Below are positions 30,540-40,447 of a stretch of 64,000 nucleotides of DNA, piece by piece (positions within the stretch are counted from its first letter, which is position 1; every line of letters begins with the position of its first letter). The stretch lies in NCBI GenBank assembly GCA_043825735.1, contig JBDRRP010000107.1, positions 62,001-126,000 on the forward strand, read 5' to 3'. Position numbers and translations under genes: made by a program. The stretch comes from Pseudomonadota bacterium (GTDB taxonomy: Bacteria > Desulfobacterota > Desulfobacteria > Desulfobacterales > JBDRRP01). The notes beneath the pieces were generated by a model, which saw nothing but the letters and a program-made list of their open reading frames with translations, ran no database searches and had not been told where the DNA came from.

Positions 30540-30631
30540 AGGGGCAACGGTGCTGGGCACCCCGCGGTCTTCAAAACCGTCGGCCTCGTCTAATTAACGA
30601 GGAGGAGGTTCGATTCCCCTTGCCCCTTCCA
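30540..30631 (+). tRNA. non-canonical UCA-anticodon tRNA (selC*/tRNA-ReC type; 8/4 fold, U73; predicted Cys acceptor)
   Basis: Acceptor AGGGGCAA/TTGCCCCT (8 bp) + T discriminator + encoded CCA; D arm GGTGC-TGG-GCACC; anticodon arm GCGGT-CTTCAAA-ACCGT; variable arm CCTCGT/ACGAGG; T stem GG(A bulge)GG-TTCGATT-CCCC (4 bp). Confidence 0.9.
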
Positions 30632-30651
30632 CTTCTTTTCATCGGACACCC

Positions 30652-32577
30652 ATGGAACAGCATTACACGATCGGATTCGCCGGTCATGTCGATCACGGTA
30701 AAACGACACTGGTAAGGTGCCTGACAGGCATCGATACCGATCGGCGGCCCGAAGAAAAGCGCCGGGGCCTGTCGATAGAGGCGGGCGTGGCCCCGCTGCG
30801 TCTGCCGTCCGGTCGCACCGTGGCGGTGGTGGATGTCCCCGGTCACGTCGATTTTTTAAAAAACACCATCCGGGGGCTCAACGGCATCGATCTGGGCGTT
30901 CTGGTTATCGCCGCCGACGATGGCGTCATGCCGCAGACCTTGGAGCATCTTGAAATCATGAAGTTCTTCAAGGCATCTTCAGGGCTGGTGGTTCTGAGCA
31001 AGACGGATCTGGTGGACGATGAAACGGTGGACATCGCTGAGCTGGAAGTAAAAGACCTGCTCGACGGCACCTTTTTAGACCACCGGATCATTTCCCGATT
31101 CACGGCGAAACAACCGGAGCGCACCGCTGAAATCCTTGCGCGTATCGACGTCATGCTGAGCGCGCTTCCGGTCAAAAATGTGCAAAAGCCGTTTCGGTTG
31201 TGGATCGATCAGACAAAACGCATTCCCGGTCACGGGACCGTTGTGAGCGGGACCGTTGCCTCCGGAGTCGTCGCTGCAGGAGATGAGATCGTGCTCTTGC
31301 CGGCTGGAAAGAAAACGCGCGTGCGCTCACTGGAATCGCATGGCATGCCGGTATCCCACGCCATCGCAGGACAACGGGTCGGCATCAACCTGCACGGGAT
31401 TTCCATCATCGAAGCCTGCCGGGGAATGAGTCTGGCCCCACCCGATGCCCTTCTGCCGACATTTATGCTCAATGCGGATGTGCACACCGTCGCAACGGCA
31501 AAGCAAGGCATCAATCACAGGCAGCGTGTAAAGCTCTATCTGGGGACCTCGGTCACCACGGCGCTGGCGATTGTGATGACCGGAGATCGCCTTGACCCGG
31601 GGGAAACCGGTCTCGTCCAGTTTAGACTGACCAGACCGGTGGCGGCATTGCCACAGGACGCGTTCGTGGTTTCACCGATGAATCTGAATACCGTGATCGC
31701 CGGCGGCCGTGTGCTCGAGGCGCCCCGTGAAAAGTATCGGGCCGCCAAAGCCGGTGCGATCGTCCCGTTGCTCTCGGCGCTTAAAGACAGCGACGTGGAT
31801 GCCTACGTCACACGCAGCTTCGATGCCGACCGGGGCCATTTCATTACCGCGAAGGGACTTTCGGAAAAGACCGGGCTGCCGCAGTTGGGGTTCGAGCGGC
31901 GCATTACCGCGAAGGTCCAAAAAGGAGAGCTGGTTTACTTTAAAAACCGCGGTGCCATCAGCGCAAGCCATCTGTCCGATCTCGGGCATGAAATCCGGCA
32001 GGTCGTCACGGACGCTTTCCAGAAAGACCCACTCAAAAGAAACGTCACAGCGGCGGAGATTGCCGAGCGGTTGGGCCACCCGGTATCGGAAGCGGTGCTT
32101 GCCATCGCCGTGGCGTCGCTGTGCAAAGCGGGCAAGCTGAGCCGGTTCGAAGGCGGGCTTTTGCTTCCCAATACCGAATCCATGATGGATGCTGAGCGGG
32201 AGGCGCTCAAATTGCTTCTGCTCGATTTTGCGCGGCAGTCCGTACTGGTCCCATTCAGTGCCGATACGTTCTGTAAACTGAACAACGGGCGCTACGATAA
32301 GAAAGATGTCGGCCAGCTGCTCAATTTCATGTCGGTCAGAAAACTGCTGGTGCGGTTGAATGACGGCCGATTCCTGTCACCGGAAGCCATCGAGACCATC
32401 AAGGTGCGGGTGGAAAAGGCGATCGCGGCGCGCGGATTCATCACAGTGGGCGACTGCAAGGAACTGCTCGGCTACGGGCGCTGGGGCGGCACCCACGTGC
32501 TCGACTACCTGAACCACATCGGGTTTACCGTGCGCCGGCAAGACAAACACGTGCTCAAGGCGGCGACCCGATCGTGA
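30652..32577 (+). CDS. selB: SelB-type elongation factor, divergent paralog (SelB*)
   Basis: [26 protein letters not shown]-terminal winged-helix region ending [19 protein letters not shown]; non-canonical IDQ and GRW motifs. Confidence 0.9.
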   Translation: MEQHYTIGFAGHVDHGKTTLVRCLTGIDTDRRPEEKRRGLSIEAGVAPLRLPSGRTVAVVDVPGHVDFLKNTIRGLNGIDLGVLVIAADDGVMPQTLEHLEIMKFFKASSGLVVLSKTDLVDDETVDIAELEVKDLLDGTFLDHRIISRFTAKQPERTAEILARIDVMLSALPVKNVQKPFRLWIDQTKRIPGHGTVVSGTVASGVVAAGDEIVLLPAGKKTRVRSLESHGMPVSHAIAGQRVGINLHGISIIEACRGMSLAPPDALLPTFMLNADVHTVATAKQGINHRQRVKLYLGTSVTTALAIVMTGDRLDPGETGLVQFRLTRPVAALPQDAFVVSPMNLNTVIAGGRVLEAPREKYRAAKAGAIVPLLSALKDSDVDAYVTRSFDADRGHFITAKGLSEKTGLPQLGFERRITAKVQKGELVYFKNRGAISASHLSDLGHEIRQVVTDAFQKDPLKRNVTAAEIAERLGHPVSEAVLAIAVASLCKAGKLSRFEGGLLLPNTESMMDAEREALKLLLLDFARQSVLVPFSADTFCKLNNGRYDKKDVGQLLNFMSVRKLLVRLNDGRFLSPEAIETIKVRVEKAIAARGFITVGDCKELLGYGRWGGTHVLDYLNHIGFTVRRQDKHVLKAATRS

Positions 32578-33827
32578 GCATCCACGTCCTTAACACGCTT
32601 TCCCGTTGCAAGGTCCCACTGGTTCCCATAGCACCGGGCAGGCTGAAGATCTATCTGTGCGGCCCGACCGTCTATGACGATCCCCATCTCGGCCATGCCC
32701 GCTCGGCGGTCGTCTTCGACGTGATTGTCCGCTATCTGAGGGCGCTCGGTTTTGCGGTGACCTATGTGCGCAACATTACCGATATCGACGACAAGATCAT
32801 CACCCGGGCGCATGCGCTGGGGCAGGACTACCGGCACCTGGGCGCGCGATGCACCGCCCGCTATCGATCCGCCATGGCTCGACTGAACACTTGCTCCCCC
32901 GATGCCGAACCCAGGGCCACGGCCCATATCCGGCCGATCCAGGGGGCCATTGCCCGGCTGATTCAAAACGGGCATGCCTATCCGGCAGGCGGCGATGTGT
33001 ATTTTTCCGTCGCCTCCTTTCCGCGTTATGGCCGGCTTTCGGGGAGCGCCGCCCCCCGGCCGATGCGGGACGCCGGCGGGAACGATGGCACCCCCAAACG
33101 CCACCCGGCTGATTTCGCCTTGTGGAAAAGCGCCTTTGCCGGAGAACCGTCCTGGCCAAGCCCCTGGGGTCCGGGGCGTCCCGGTTGGCATATCGAGTGC
33201 TCGGCCATGAGTGCGCACCTTCTGGGAGATGTCTTCGATATCCACGGCGGTGGTGCGGACCTGATATTTCCCCATCACGAAAACGAGATCGCCCAGTCGG
33301 AGAGCATTTCCGGGCAAACACCGGCAGTGTACTGGCTGCACCACGGCATGGTCACCGTCCACGGGGAGAAGATGTCCAAGTCGACGGGCAACGGATTGAA
33401 CCTGCTGGATCTGCTGGCGCGCCATCATCCGGATGCGCTGCGACTGCTGCTGCTCTCCAAGCGATACCGGCACCCGTTGGCGGTATCGGATGCCGCAATG
33501 GCCTCTGCGGACGGAAGCGCCGCGCGGCTTAACCGGTTGTTCGCACACCCCGCCGTGCCGGCCCGATTGTACGACCCTGACGGGGCGGGAAAAAGTTTTC
33601 TTTGGACACGGTTTTGCAGCGCCATGAACGATGACTTCAACTTTCCCATGGCGATTTCGGTGGTGTTCGACGGCGTCAGGCTGCTTTACCGGCGGTGGCA
33701 TCTGCGGCCGGCGGCCGGCGCCTTTGCGGGCGATGAAGACCCGGCGCGCCTGCTCTGTGACCTGACGTTCATCTGCAGGGATATCCTCGGACTCCGGATA
33801 AACGACGAAGACCCGTGTTCTCCGTGA
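32574..33827 (+). CDS. cysS: cysteinyl-tRNA synthetase lacking the C-terminal anticodon-binding domain (CysRS*)
   Basis: CGPTVYDDPHLGHAR, PGWHIECSAM, DLIFPHHENE, KMSKS, DDFN; ends at ...DILGL (417 aa); GTGA overlap with the selB stop. Confidence 0.9.
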   Translation: MSIHVLNTLSRCKVPLVPIAPGRLKIYLCGPTVYDDPHLGHARSAVVFDVIVRYLRALGFAVTYVRNITDIDDKIITRAHALGQDYRHLGARCTARYRSAMARLNTCSPDAEPRATAHIRPIQGAIARLIQNGHAYPAGGDVYFSVASFPRYGRLSGSAAPRPMRDAGGNDGTPKRHPADFALWKSAFAGEPSWPSPWGPGRPGWHIECSAMSAHLLGDVFDIHGGGADLIFPHHENEIAQSESISGQTPAVYWLHHGMVTVHGEKMSKSTGNGLNLLDLLARHHPDALRLLLLSKRYRHPLAVSDAAMASADGSAARLNRLFAHPAVPARLYDPDGAGKSFLWTRFCSAMNDDFNFPMAISVVFDGVRLLYRRWHLRPAAGAFAGDEDPARLLCDLTFICRDILGLRINDEDPCSP

Positions 33828-33930
33828 CTGGTGATCACAATGCCATCAGGGCCGCCGGTTTTTGACACTAAACTGGAGCTTCATAGAGAAGCGGAAAAAA
33901 CTATTGGAATAACACCCAAAGGAGAAGATC

Positions 33931-35208
33931 ATGAGTGACGACTATCGTTCGATGTGGACGGATCTGGGGCTCGACCTCGATGCGCACGATGCGCTGCTGG
34001 GCGTTCTCGGCAAAGGGTATCAGGACATTTTTCTCAGCCAGAAGGACCGACCCGAGGGGATGGGATATTTTGACTTCGTGATGAGCGAGGTTCACGGGCT
34101 CCGGATCAAGGAGCTTTTAGACGAGAAAGCCGCCGGCCGCAAGATCATCGGTTCTTACTGCGTCTTTGTTCCGGAGGAGATCGTGCTGGCGGCCAACGCC
34201 ACTCTGGTGGGGCTGTGCTCCGGCGCCGATTTCGCCACGGAGGATGTGGAAAAACTGCTGCCGCGAAACACCTGCGCTCTCATCAAGTCCTCCTTCGGCT
34301 TTAAACTCGGCAAGGTCTGCCCGTATCTGGAAAGCGCCGACATGATCGTCGGCGAGAACACCTGCGACGGGAAGAAAAAAGCCTATGAGACGCTGGGCCA
34401 TCTGGTGGGCAATCTCTATGTCATGGACCTGCCCCAGGTGAAGTCCGGTGGCGGCAGGGCGCTGCTCAAGGCAGAATACGGGCGCTTCAAGACGGCCGTG
34501 GAAGCGTTGACCGCTGTTGCCGTCACCGCTGATTCCCTGAAGCAGGCCATTCGGACGGTCAATGCGAAGCGTGCCGCTATCCATCGGATCTCGTCTCTGC
34601 GAAAAGCGGATCCGGCACCGATCTCGGGTCTGGATGCCCTGTTGGCGAACCAGGTTTTCTTTTACGACAACCCTGCCAGATTTACGGAATCTGTAAACAA
34701 GATCTGTGATGAGCTGGAACAGCGGATTGAAAATAAAAAGGGCGTTTTTCCGGCAAACACTCCCCGCATTCTCGTGTCCGGGTGCCCCCAGGCAGTACCC
34801 AATTGGAAACTGCCCATGATTGTGGAATCCGTCGGTGCGGTAATTGTGGGCGAGGAATCTTGCGTGGGCGAACGCGGTACTCGCAACCTGACCGATGACT
34901 CGGGTGAAACGGTGGATGAAATGTTGGACGCCATCGTTGACCGTTATTTCCAAGTGGACTGCGCTATTTTTACCCCCAATCCGGACCGCCTGGCCCATAT
35001 CCAGGAAATGGTCGCCGCTTACAAAGCCGACGGGGTGATCCACTACGGTCTGCAGTTCTGCCAGCCCTATCTCATGGAATCCATGCCCGTGGAAAAAGCC
35101 TTGGAGGAAAAGAGTATCCCCTGCCTGCGCATCGAGACCGATTACAGCATGGAGGATGTCGGCCAGTTGAAGACACGCGTTGAAGCGTTTGTCGAGCAGC
35201 TTCGCTAA
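33931..35208 (+). CDS. 2-hydroxyacyl-CoA dehydratase-family protein (double-cubane cluster reductase-like)
   Basis: YCVFVPEE, LPRNTCALIKS, ENTCDGKKK, SGCP, EESCVGER, QFCQ, IETDYS...TRVEAF. Confidence 0.88.
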   Translation: MSDDYRSMWTDLGLDLDAHDALLGVLGKGYQDIFLSQKDRPEGMGYFDFVMSEVHGLRIKELLDEKAAGRKIIGSYCVFVPEEIVLAANATLVGLCSGADFATEDVEKLLPRNTCALIKSSFGFKLGKVCPYLESADMIVGENTCDGKKKAYETLGHLVGNLYVMDLPQVKSGGGRALLKAEYGRFKTAVEALTAVAVTADSLKQAIRTVNAKRAAIHRISSLRKADPAPISGLDALLANQVFFYDNPARFTESVNKICDELEQRIENKKGVFPANTPRILVSGCPQAVPNWKLPMIVESVGAVIVGEESCVGERGTRNLTDDSGETVDEMLDAIVDRYFQVDCAIFTPNPDRLAHIQEMVAAYKADGVIHYGLQFCQPYLMESMPVEKALEEKSIPCLRIETDYSMEDVGQLKTRVEAFVEQLR

Positions 35209-35230
35209 GACATAAGGAAGGCAGACGAAG

Positions 35231-35992
35231 ATGCTTTTTGCCGGAATAGATATCGGCTCTCGCACCATCGAACTGGTGGTGGTGGATGACGCGGGTAAAA
35301 TAAAAGCCGGTCTTCAGGCGGACACCGGCTTTGACCCGATAGCCGAAGCAAAAAAGTTGGTGGATGGCGTCCGCTACGATCGAATTATGGCCACCGGCTA
35401 TGGTCGCAACCTGTTCGAGATCTCTTTTGACGCGCCAACGGTCACCGAAATCAAAGCCCATGCCAGGGGCGCCCGGGTGTTTTTCCCTGATACCCGAACC
35501 GTGCTGGATATCGGCGGGCAGGACAGCAAGGCCATTGCACTCTTTGAAAACGGCAAAGTGAAAAAATTCGAAATGAACGACCGGTGCGCCGCTGGCACCG
35601 GTAAATTCCTGGAGATTATGGCAAAAACGCTGGGATATGACATCGAAGCATTCGGACGGGAAGCGCTGCTTGCCGAAAATGATCTCAATATTTCCAGTAT
35701 GTGCACGGTATTTGCCGAATCCGAGGTCACCTCTTTGATCGCCAGGGGCCAACGGCCCCGGGAAATCGCGAGGGGCTTGCATGCCAGCGTCGTTCGCCGG
35801 GCAGTCGGCATGCTCAACCGCGTCTCCTCCGAGGGTGCGATCGTCTTCACCGGCGGGGTGGCGAAAAACCCCTGCATGCTTGCCCTTCTCGAAGAAAAAC
35901 TGGGCCGAACGGTGCTTGTGCCGAAAGACCCGCAAATGATGGGGGCGCTGGGAGCGTCCCTTCTGGCGAGTGAACTCCCTTCATGTGGATAG
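35231..35992 (+). CDS. ATP-dependent activase (BadF/BadG/BcrA/BcrD, HgdC-type)
   Basis: GIDIGS, ATGYGR, DIGGQDSK, MNDRCAAGTGKFLE, SMCTVFAESEV. Confidence 0.93.
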   Translation: MLFAGIDIGSRTIELVVVDDAGKIKAGLQADTGFDPIAEAKKLVDGVRYDRIMATGYGRNLFEISFDAPTVTEIKAHARGARVFFPDTRTVLDIGGQDSKAIALFENGKVKKFEMNDRCAAGTGKFLEIMAKTLGYDIEAFGREALLAENDLNISSMCTVFAESEVTSLIARGQRPREIARGLHASVVRRAVGMLNRVSSEGAIVFTGGVAKNPCMLALLEEKLGRTVLVPKDPQMMGALGASLLASELPSCG

Positions 35993-36921
35993 ACAGATTT
36001 CAACGCCTGGGATTGCTGATTTTTCTTTTTCTCATGAGCGCCTTTTTTGGCTGTATGTCTCCATATTTTGCGACCTGGGAAAACCTTGCCAACATTCTGG
36101 TGCAGTCGGCGGTGCTAATCATCGTCGGCATCGGAATGATCCTGGTGATCGCAACCGCCGGCATCGATCTTTCCATAGGCTCCGTCCTGGCATTGAGCGG
36201 CATTGTCATGGCCGCCTCGATGAAAGCCGGGCTCGGTATTCTCGCTGGTATTTTCGCGGGTGTCCTGACGGGTGTCTTGATGGGGCTTTTCAACGGGCTG
36301 GGCACCGCCGTGCTCGGCATTTCCCCCTTTATCGTCACATTGGGTGCCGCTGGAATATACAGAGCTCTGGCCCTCATCGCCACCGATGCACGGCCGATCT
36401 ACGGACTTCCGGTTGCATTTCGTGTCGTCGCCACCGGGCACCTGGGTCCTTTCCCCCTGCCGGCCGTTTTTGCGTTTGCCGTGGTGGGCCTCGCTGCGCT
36501 GATCATCGGATGGACCCGGTTCGGCATCAACGTGCGGGCCGTCGGGGACAATGCAGTGGGCGCTTTTCGAATGGGGGTACCCGTTCGGGGGGTGCTGATT
36601 TCGGTGTACATGATTTCGGGTGCCACCGCAGCCCTGGCCAGCATTGTGGTTACGGCGAGATTGAATACTGCCGAGGCCATCGCAGGGCTTGGCATGGAAC
36701 TGGAGGCCATCGCCGCAGTGGTTATGGGCGGAACCAGCTTTTTCGGCGGAGAATCCAGCATCAGCGGGACGCTGTTGGGCGCCCTGATCATCGGCACTCT
36801 GGCCAACGGGCTGACCCTTGTCAACGTGCCATCCTATTACCAGCAACTGGTGATCGGAGCTGTGTTCATACTGGCCGTCATGGCCGACAAAATGAGAAGG
36901 CAGGCAACAAACACCTTTTGA
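35983..36921 (+). CDS. monosaccharide-type ABC transporter permease (RbsC-like)
   Basis: GIDLSIGS, PFIVTLG, ELEAIAAVVMGGTS. Confidence 0.93.
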   Translation: MWIDRFQRLGLLIFLFLMSAFFGCMSPYFATWENLANILVQSAVLIIVGIGMILVIATAGIDLSIGSVLALSGIVMAASMKAGLGILAGIFAGVLTGVLMGLFNGLGTAVLGISPFIVTLGAAGIYRALALIATDARPIYGLPVAFRVVATGHLGPFPLPAVFAFAVVGLAALIIGWTRFGINVRAVGDNAVGAFRMGVPVRGVLISVYMISGATAALASIVVTARLNTAEAIAGLGMELEAIAAVVMGGTSFFGGESSISGTLLGALIIGTLANGLTLVNVPSYYQQLVIGAVFILAVMADKMRRQATNTF

Positions 36922-36936
36922 AAGGAGCGGTACATC

Positions 36937-37648
36937 ATGAAGTCTGAACGGACAGAAGTATTGGGGGCTGTGATCGCAGCCGTTCTGATCGTGGGCCTCG
37001 TCCTCTGCACCGTCGTATCGGCAGCGGAATACTCCAGATGGCAAAAAGTCCGATCCGAAGCTTTTTCCAAACTGGGAGATATTCCTCACGCCGGCAAGCC
37101 GCTGCGCATCGGCGCCATTATCATCACCGAGGCCAATCCCTTCTGGGTGACCGTCAAAGAGGGCTATATTGCTGCGGCCAACGATCTCGGTGTGCAAATG
37201 GACGTCCAGGCGGCCCCCCAGGAAAACAGTATCGCGGCCCAGTTGGATATCATGGAAAACATGGTGGCAAAGCACTACGACGCCATCGCGGCCCACAGCA
37301 TCACCCGCCACAATCTCATCCCGGGTCTGGTGAAGGCGGCCCAACAGGGAATTCCCACCATTACCGACAGTATCCGTGATGGCCCTGGCCGCGGTTTCGG
37401 CCGTCGAAGATAAGGGCAAAAAGGGGCAGGTCATGGTCGTCGGCATCGACTTCATCGCACAGGCAAAAGATGCGATTAAAGAGGGAAGACTCACGGCGTC
37501 AGTCGCACAGGCCCCTTTCATCATCGGGGAGCTGTGCACCCGGGCAGCCGTGAAAGCGGCAGCCGGCCAAAAAGTGCCCAGGGAACTGTATATCCCGGTC
37601 GTTCTGGTCACCGCCGACAACGTCGGCGAATTCAGCGACTGGAAATAG
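36937..37648 (+). pseudogene. sugar ABC substrate-binding protein (RbsB-like) with internal deletion and frameshift
   Basis: N-half (NPFWVTVKEG...GIPTITD) jumps at about 37376 into another frame encoding the C-terminal end (MALAA...VVGID...ASVAQAP); the middle of the domain is missing. Confidence 0.8.
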
Positions 37649-37676
37649 TCCTGCAGCCGGATGAGCATGAAAGACA

Positions 37677-38429
37677 ATGCCCGAACCGCTCGTGTACATG
37701 AAGGACATCCAAAAAGACTTCGGAGGCAAGACCGCCCTGGATCGGGCCGATCTTTCCCTTTACGAGGGGGAAATCCTTGGCCTGGTGGGTGACAACGGGG
37801 CGGGAAAATCTACGATGCTCAAGGTTCTCTCCGGCGTTCTGAACCGAAACGCCGGAGAGATCTTTATGGCGGGCGAAAAGATCCACATCGATTCTCCGGT
37901 CCATTCGAGAAATTTGGGCATAGAGATGGTGTTTCAGGATCTCTCGCTTTGCGAGAGCCTGACCGTTTGGGAAAATGTCTACCTGGGCCGCTATGCGATC
38001 CGGTCCGCTTTCAAACACCTGGCACCGATCCTGGACAAGCGTGAAATGGCGCGGCGCACGGTCGACGCCCTGGCGGAGATGGGAATCTCCCTGCCCGATG
38101 TCGGCGTTCCGGTTCGCAATCTGTCCGGGGGCGAAAGGCAGGCCGTGGCCATATGCCGCTGCCTGCTGTTCCATCCCCGGGTCATTTTATTGGACGAACC
38201 CACGGCCAGCATGGCCCACTGGGAGCAGCAGAAGGTGTTGGAACTGGTTCGCGCGTTCAAGGCCCGGGGATGTTCCGTTATCATGGTCACCCACAACCTC
38301 GGGCAGTTGTTTCAGGTGGCGGACCGAACGGTGGTCATGAGAGAGGGCCGGAGCATATGGCAGGGGGCAATGACGGACCTGACCCAGGACGATCTGGTGC
38401 GGATGATGTTTCTTGGAAAACAGGGATGA
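37677..38429 (+). CDS. sugar ABC transporter ATP-binding protein
   Basis: GDNGAGKST, LSGGERQ, LLDEPT, H-loop VTHN. Confidence 0.95.
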   Translation: MPEPLVYMKDIQKDFGGKTALDRADLSLYEGEILGLVGDNGAGKSTMLKVLSGVLNRNAGEIFMAGEKIHIDSPVHSRNLGIEMVFQDLSLCESLTVWENVYLGRYAIRSAFKHLAPILDKREMARRTVDALAEMGISLPDVGVPVRNLSGGERQAVAICRCLLFHPRVILLDEPTASMAHWEQQKVLELVRAFKARGCSVIMVTHNLGQLFQVADRTVVMREGRSIWQGAMTDLTQDDLVRMMFLGKQG

Positions 38430-38797
38430 CAACCTTGGATCTGCCGCAGCTTCCGGATGAATTCGAAGCCTTAGGCAACTGGACGGCCATGATCCGCAAG
38501 CTGCAGCGATTTTTAGAAGAAACCTTTGACAGAAAAGCTTCGGACCGGGGCATCGAAGCAGCCGTCAAGGGAACAAACCACAAGAATCGAATCATGAGAA
38601 AATGTTTCGATTTCGCCGCCCTTCATCCCCCGTTGATCAGCTGGCAGGAAATGTACGACCTGGTTTTTTTGGCACTACCGTGCACGGCAGAGGACTTTAT
38701 CCCCATTGTCGAGCCCCTGATGGAAAAGCTTGAACGGAGAAAAACGGAAGGATTTCATTACGGCCGAGCCGATTCTCCCATTTGTAATGACGGATGA
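38426..38797 (+). pseudogene. internal fragment of a second 2-hydroxyacyl-CoA dehydratase/double-cubane-family gene
   Basis: LDLPQ...KLQRFLEE...IEAAVKGTN...PPLIS aligns by eye with MDLPQ...LKQAIRTVN...PAPIS of 33931-35208; both ends missing. Confidence 0.65.
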
Positions 38798-38801
38798 AAA
38801 T

Positions 38802-39035
38802 ATGGACCTGAAACCAAGCCAGCACTTGAACTTTGTATTCGTCTGCCCGGAATGCAACCGTGTTTTTGAAACCGCCGCGTTCAGCATCGTTGACAACCGG
38901 GGAGTGGTCACCGATGCCGACGGCAACAAAGCGCTGGATGCGACGGTGGCCCTGAACGATCCGTGTCCGTATTGCGGGCAGCGGCATGTTTACCCGGCCA
39001 GTGAGCTGTTGTGCCCATTCAGGGGCGCGCAGTGA
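38802..39035 (+). CDS. small CxxC...CxxC metal-binding protein
   Basis: CPEC and CPYC motifs, C-terminal LCPF; directly upstream of selD. Confidence 0.7.
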   Translation: MDLKPSQHLNFVFVCPECNRVFETAAFSIVDNRGVVTDADGNKALDATVALNDPCPYCGQRHVYPASELLCPFRGAQ

Positions 39036-39105
39036 TTGAATTGATCCGAAAAACCCCTCCAGGCCCTGTCACGGGTTCTGGAGACCCCACATAAGGAGGC
39101 TGCGC

Positions 39106-40158
39106 GTGGGAACCCTTAAGAACAAGCGTTTGACCGAAACGGTGTCCGGCGCCGGCTGAGCGTCCAAACTCTCTCCGGGGGACCTGGACAACGCGCTGTG
39201 CGGCCTTGATTTTCCCACTGATGAAAACGTCCTTGTCGGACTGGAGCGTGCCGACGATGCCGGCGTGTACCGGATCAGCGATGAGATCGCGCTCATTCAG
39301 ACGGTGGATTTTTTCACTCCGGTGGTGGACGACCCGCACGCCTTCGGCCGGATCGCCGCCGCCAATGCGCTCAGCGACGTCTACGCAATGGGCGGCGTGC
39401 CCAAAACCGCCATGAACCTGGTGGCTTTTCCCGTGAAGGAGATGGACCTTTCGGTGCTGCGGCAGATCATCCAGGGCGGCATCGACACGCTTCGCGAGGC
39501 GGGCGTGGTGCTCATCGGCGGCCACAGCATTGAGGACAAGGAGCTGAAGTATGGCCTGTCCGTTACGGGTCTCATCCATCCTGACCGGGTGCTGACCAAA
39601 AAGGCGCTGCGCGCCGAAGACGCGCTGATCCTCACCAAGCCGCTCGGAACCGGCGTGATCAACACGGCCATCAAGGCCCGCATGGTATCGCCGGACCTGG
39701 TGGATCGGATTACCCGGCTCATGGCGACGCTGAACCGGTGTGCTGCCGAAGTCATGGCCGATTTCCCGGTCACCGCCTGTACGGACGTCACCGGTTTTGG
39801 GCTTTTGGGGCACCTTGCAGAGATGGTCGAAGGCTCCGGTTGCGGTGCGTCGCTCTCCGCCGGGCGGATTCCGATAATGGCCGAAGCCCTTGATTTCGCC
39901 CGCATGGGACTCATCCCCGCCGGCGCCTACCGCAACCGCGCTTTCCGGGAGGCGATGATCACTGTCGATGCCGGGGTGGATCGGGCCGTGGCCGATCTGT
40001 GCTTTGATCCCCAGACCTCCGGCGGGCTGCTCATGGCGGTGCCAACGGCGCAGGCGGGTGATCTGGTGTCGGCACTGCGGGCCGCCGGCGTGCCCGATGC
40101 AGCGCTCATCGGCCATGTCCTGCCGGGGCCGGCGGAAGTGATCCGTGTGATGGTTTAA
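39106..40158 (+). CDS. selD: selenide, water dikinase (Sec-containing)
   Basis: AAGGAGG SD + GTG; ...VSGAG-TGA(39157-39159)-ASKL...; DDAG, TVDFF, ANALSDVYAMGG, TDVTGFGL, DPQTSGGL. Confidence 0.96.
39162..39189 (+). promoter_or_regulatory. putative SECIS of selD
   Basis: GTCCA...TGGAC outer stem enclosing a pyrimidine/G-run upper stem, immediately 3' of the UGA. Confidence 0.6.
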
Positions 40159-40172
40159 CGGGTGGTGCTTGG

Positions 40173-40235
40173 TTCTGGAGGGCCACGCGCCGTCGTGGCC
40201 GCGAATCGAACGCGAGGGACCGCGTCCCTCCAGAA
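40173..40235. repeat. REP-like palindromic element
   Basis: TTCTGGAGGG...CCCTCCAGAA terminal inverted repeat with internal GCCACG/CGTGGC hairpin. Confidence 0.6.
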
Positions 40236-40447
40236 GGCTTTGACCCGTCGGGGTGTCTGGGTGTCATGATCCCGGGGCGGGCCATGACCGCGACCGCGCG
40301 CGTGATGGCCGGCGGCAACACGATAAAAGGGCGGCGGCAGTCTAATACCCGTTGCGGCGCGGCTGAAACGAAGTTCCGGCATGATGCCTCTGCTTGAGCC
40401 AGGTGCATCAACAAATATTCCATTTTTCCGTAGAGGAGGTTCATCCC

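Noticed and set aside
30540..30631. Calling the tRNA a canonical tRNA-Sec (selC)
   Set aside because: It has U73 rather than G73, a 4-bp bulged T stem rather than 5 bp, and it is linked to a truncated CysRS rather than selA.
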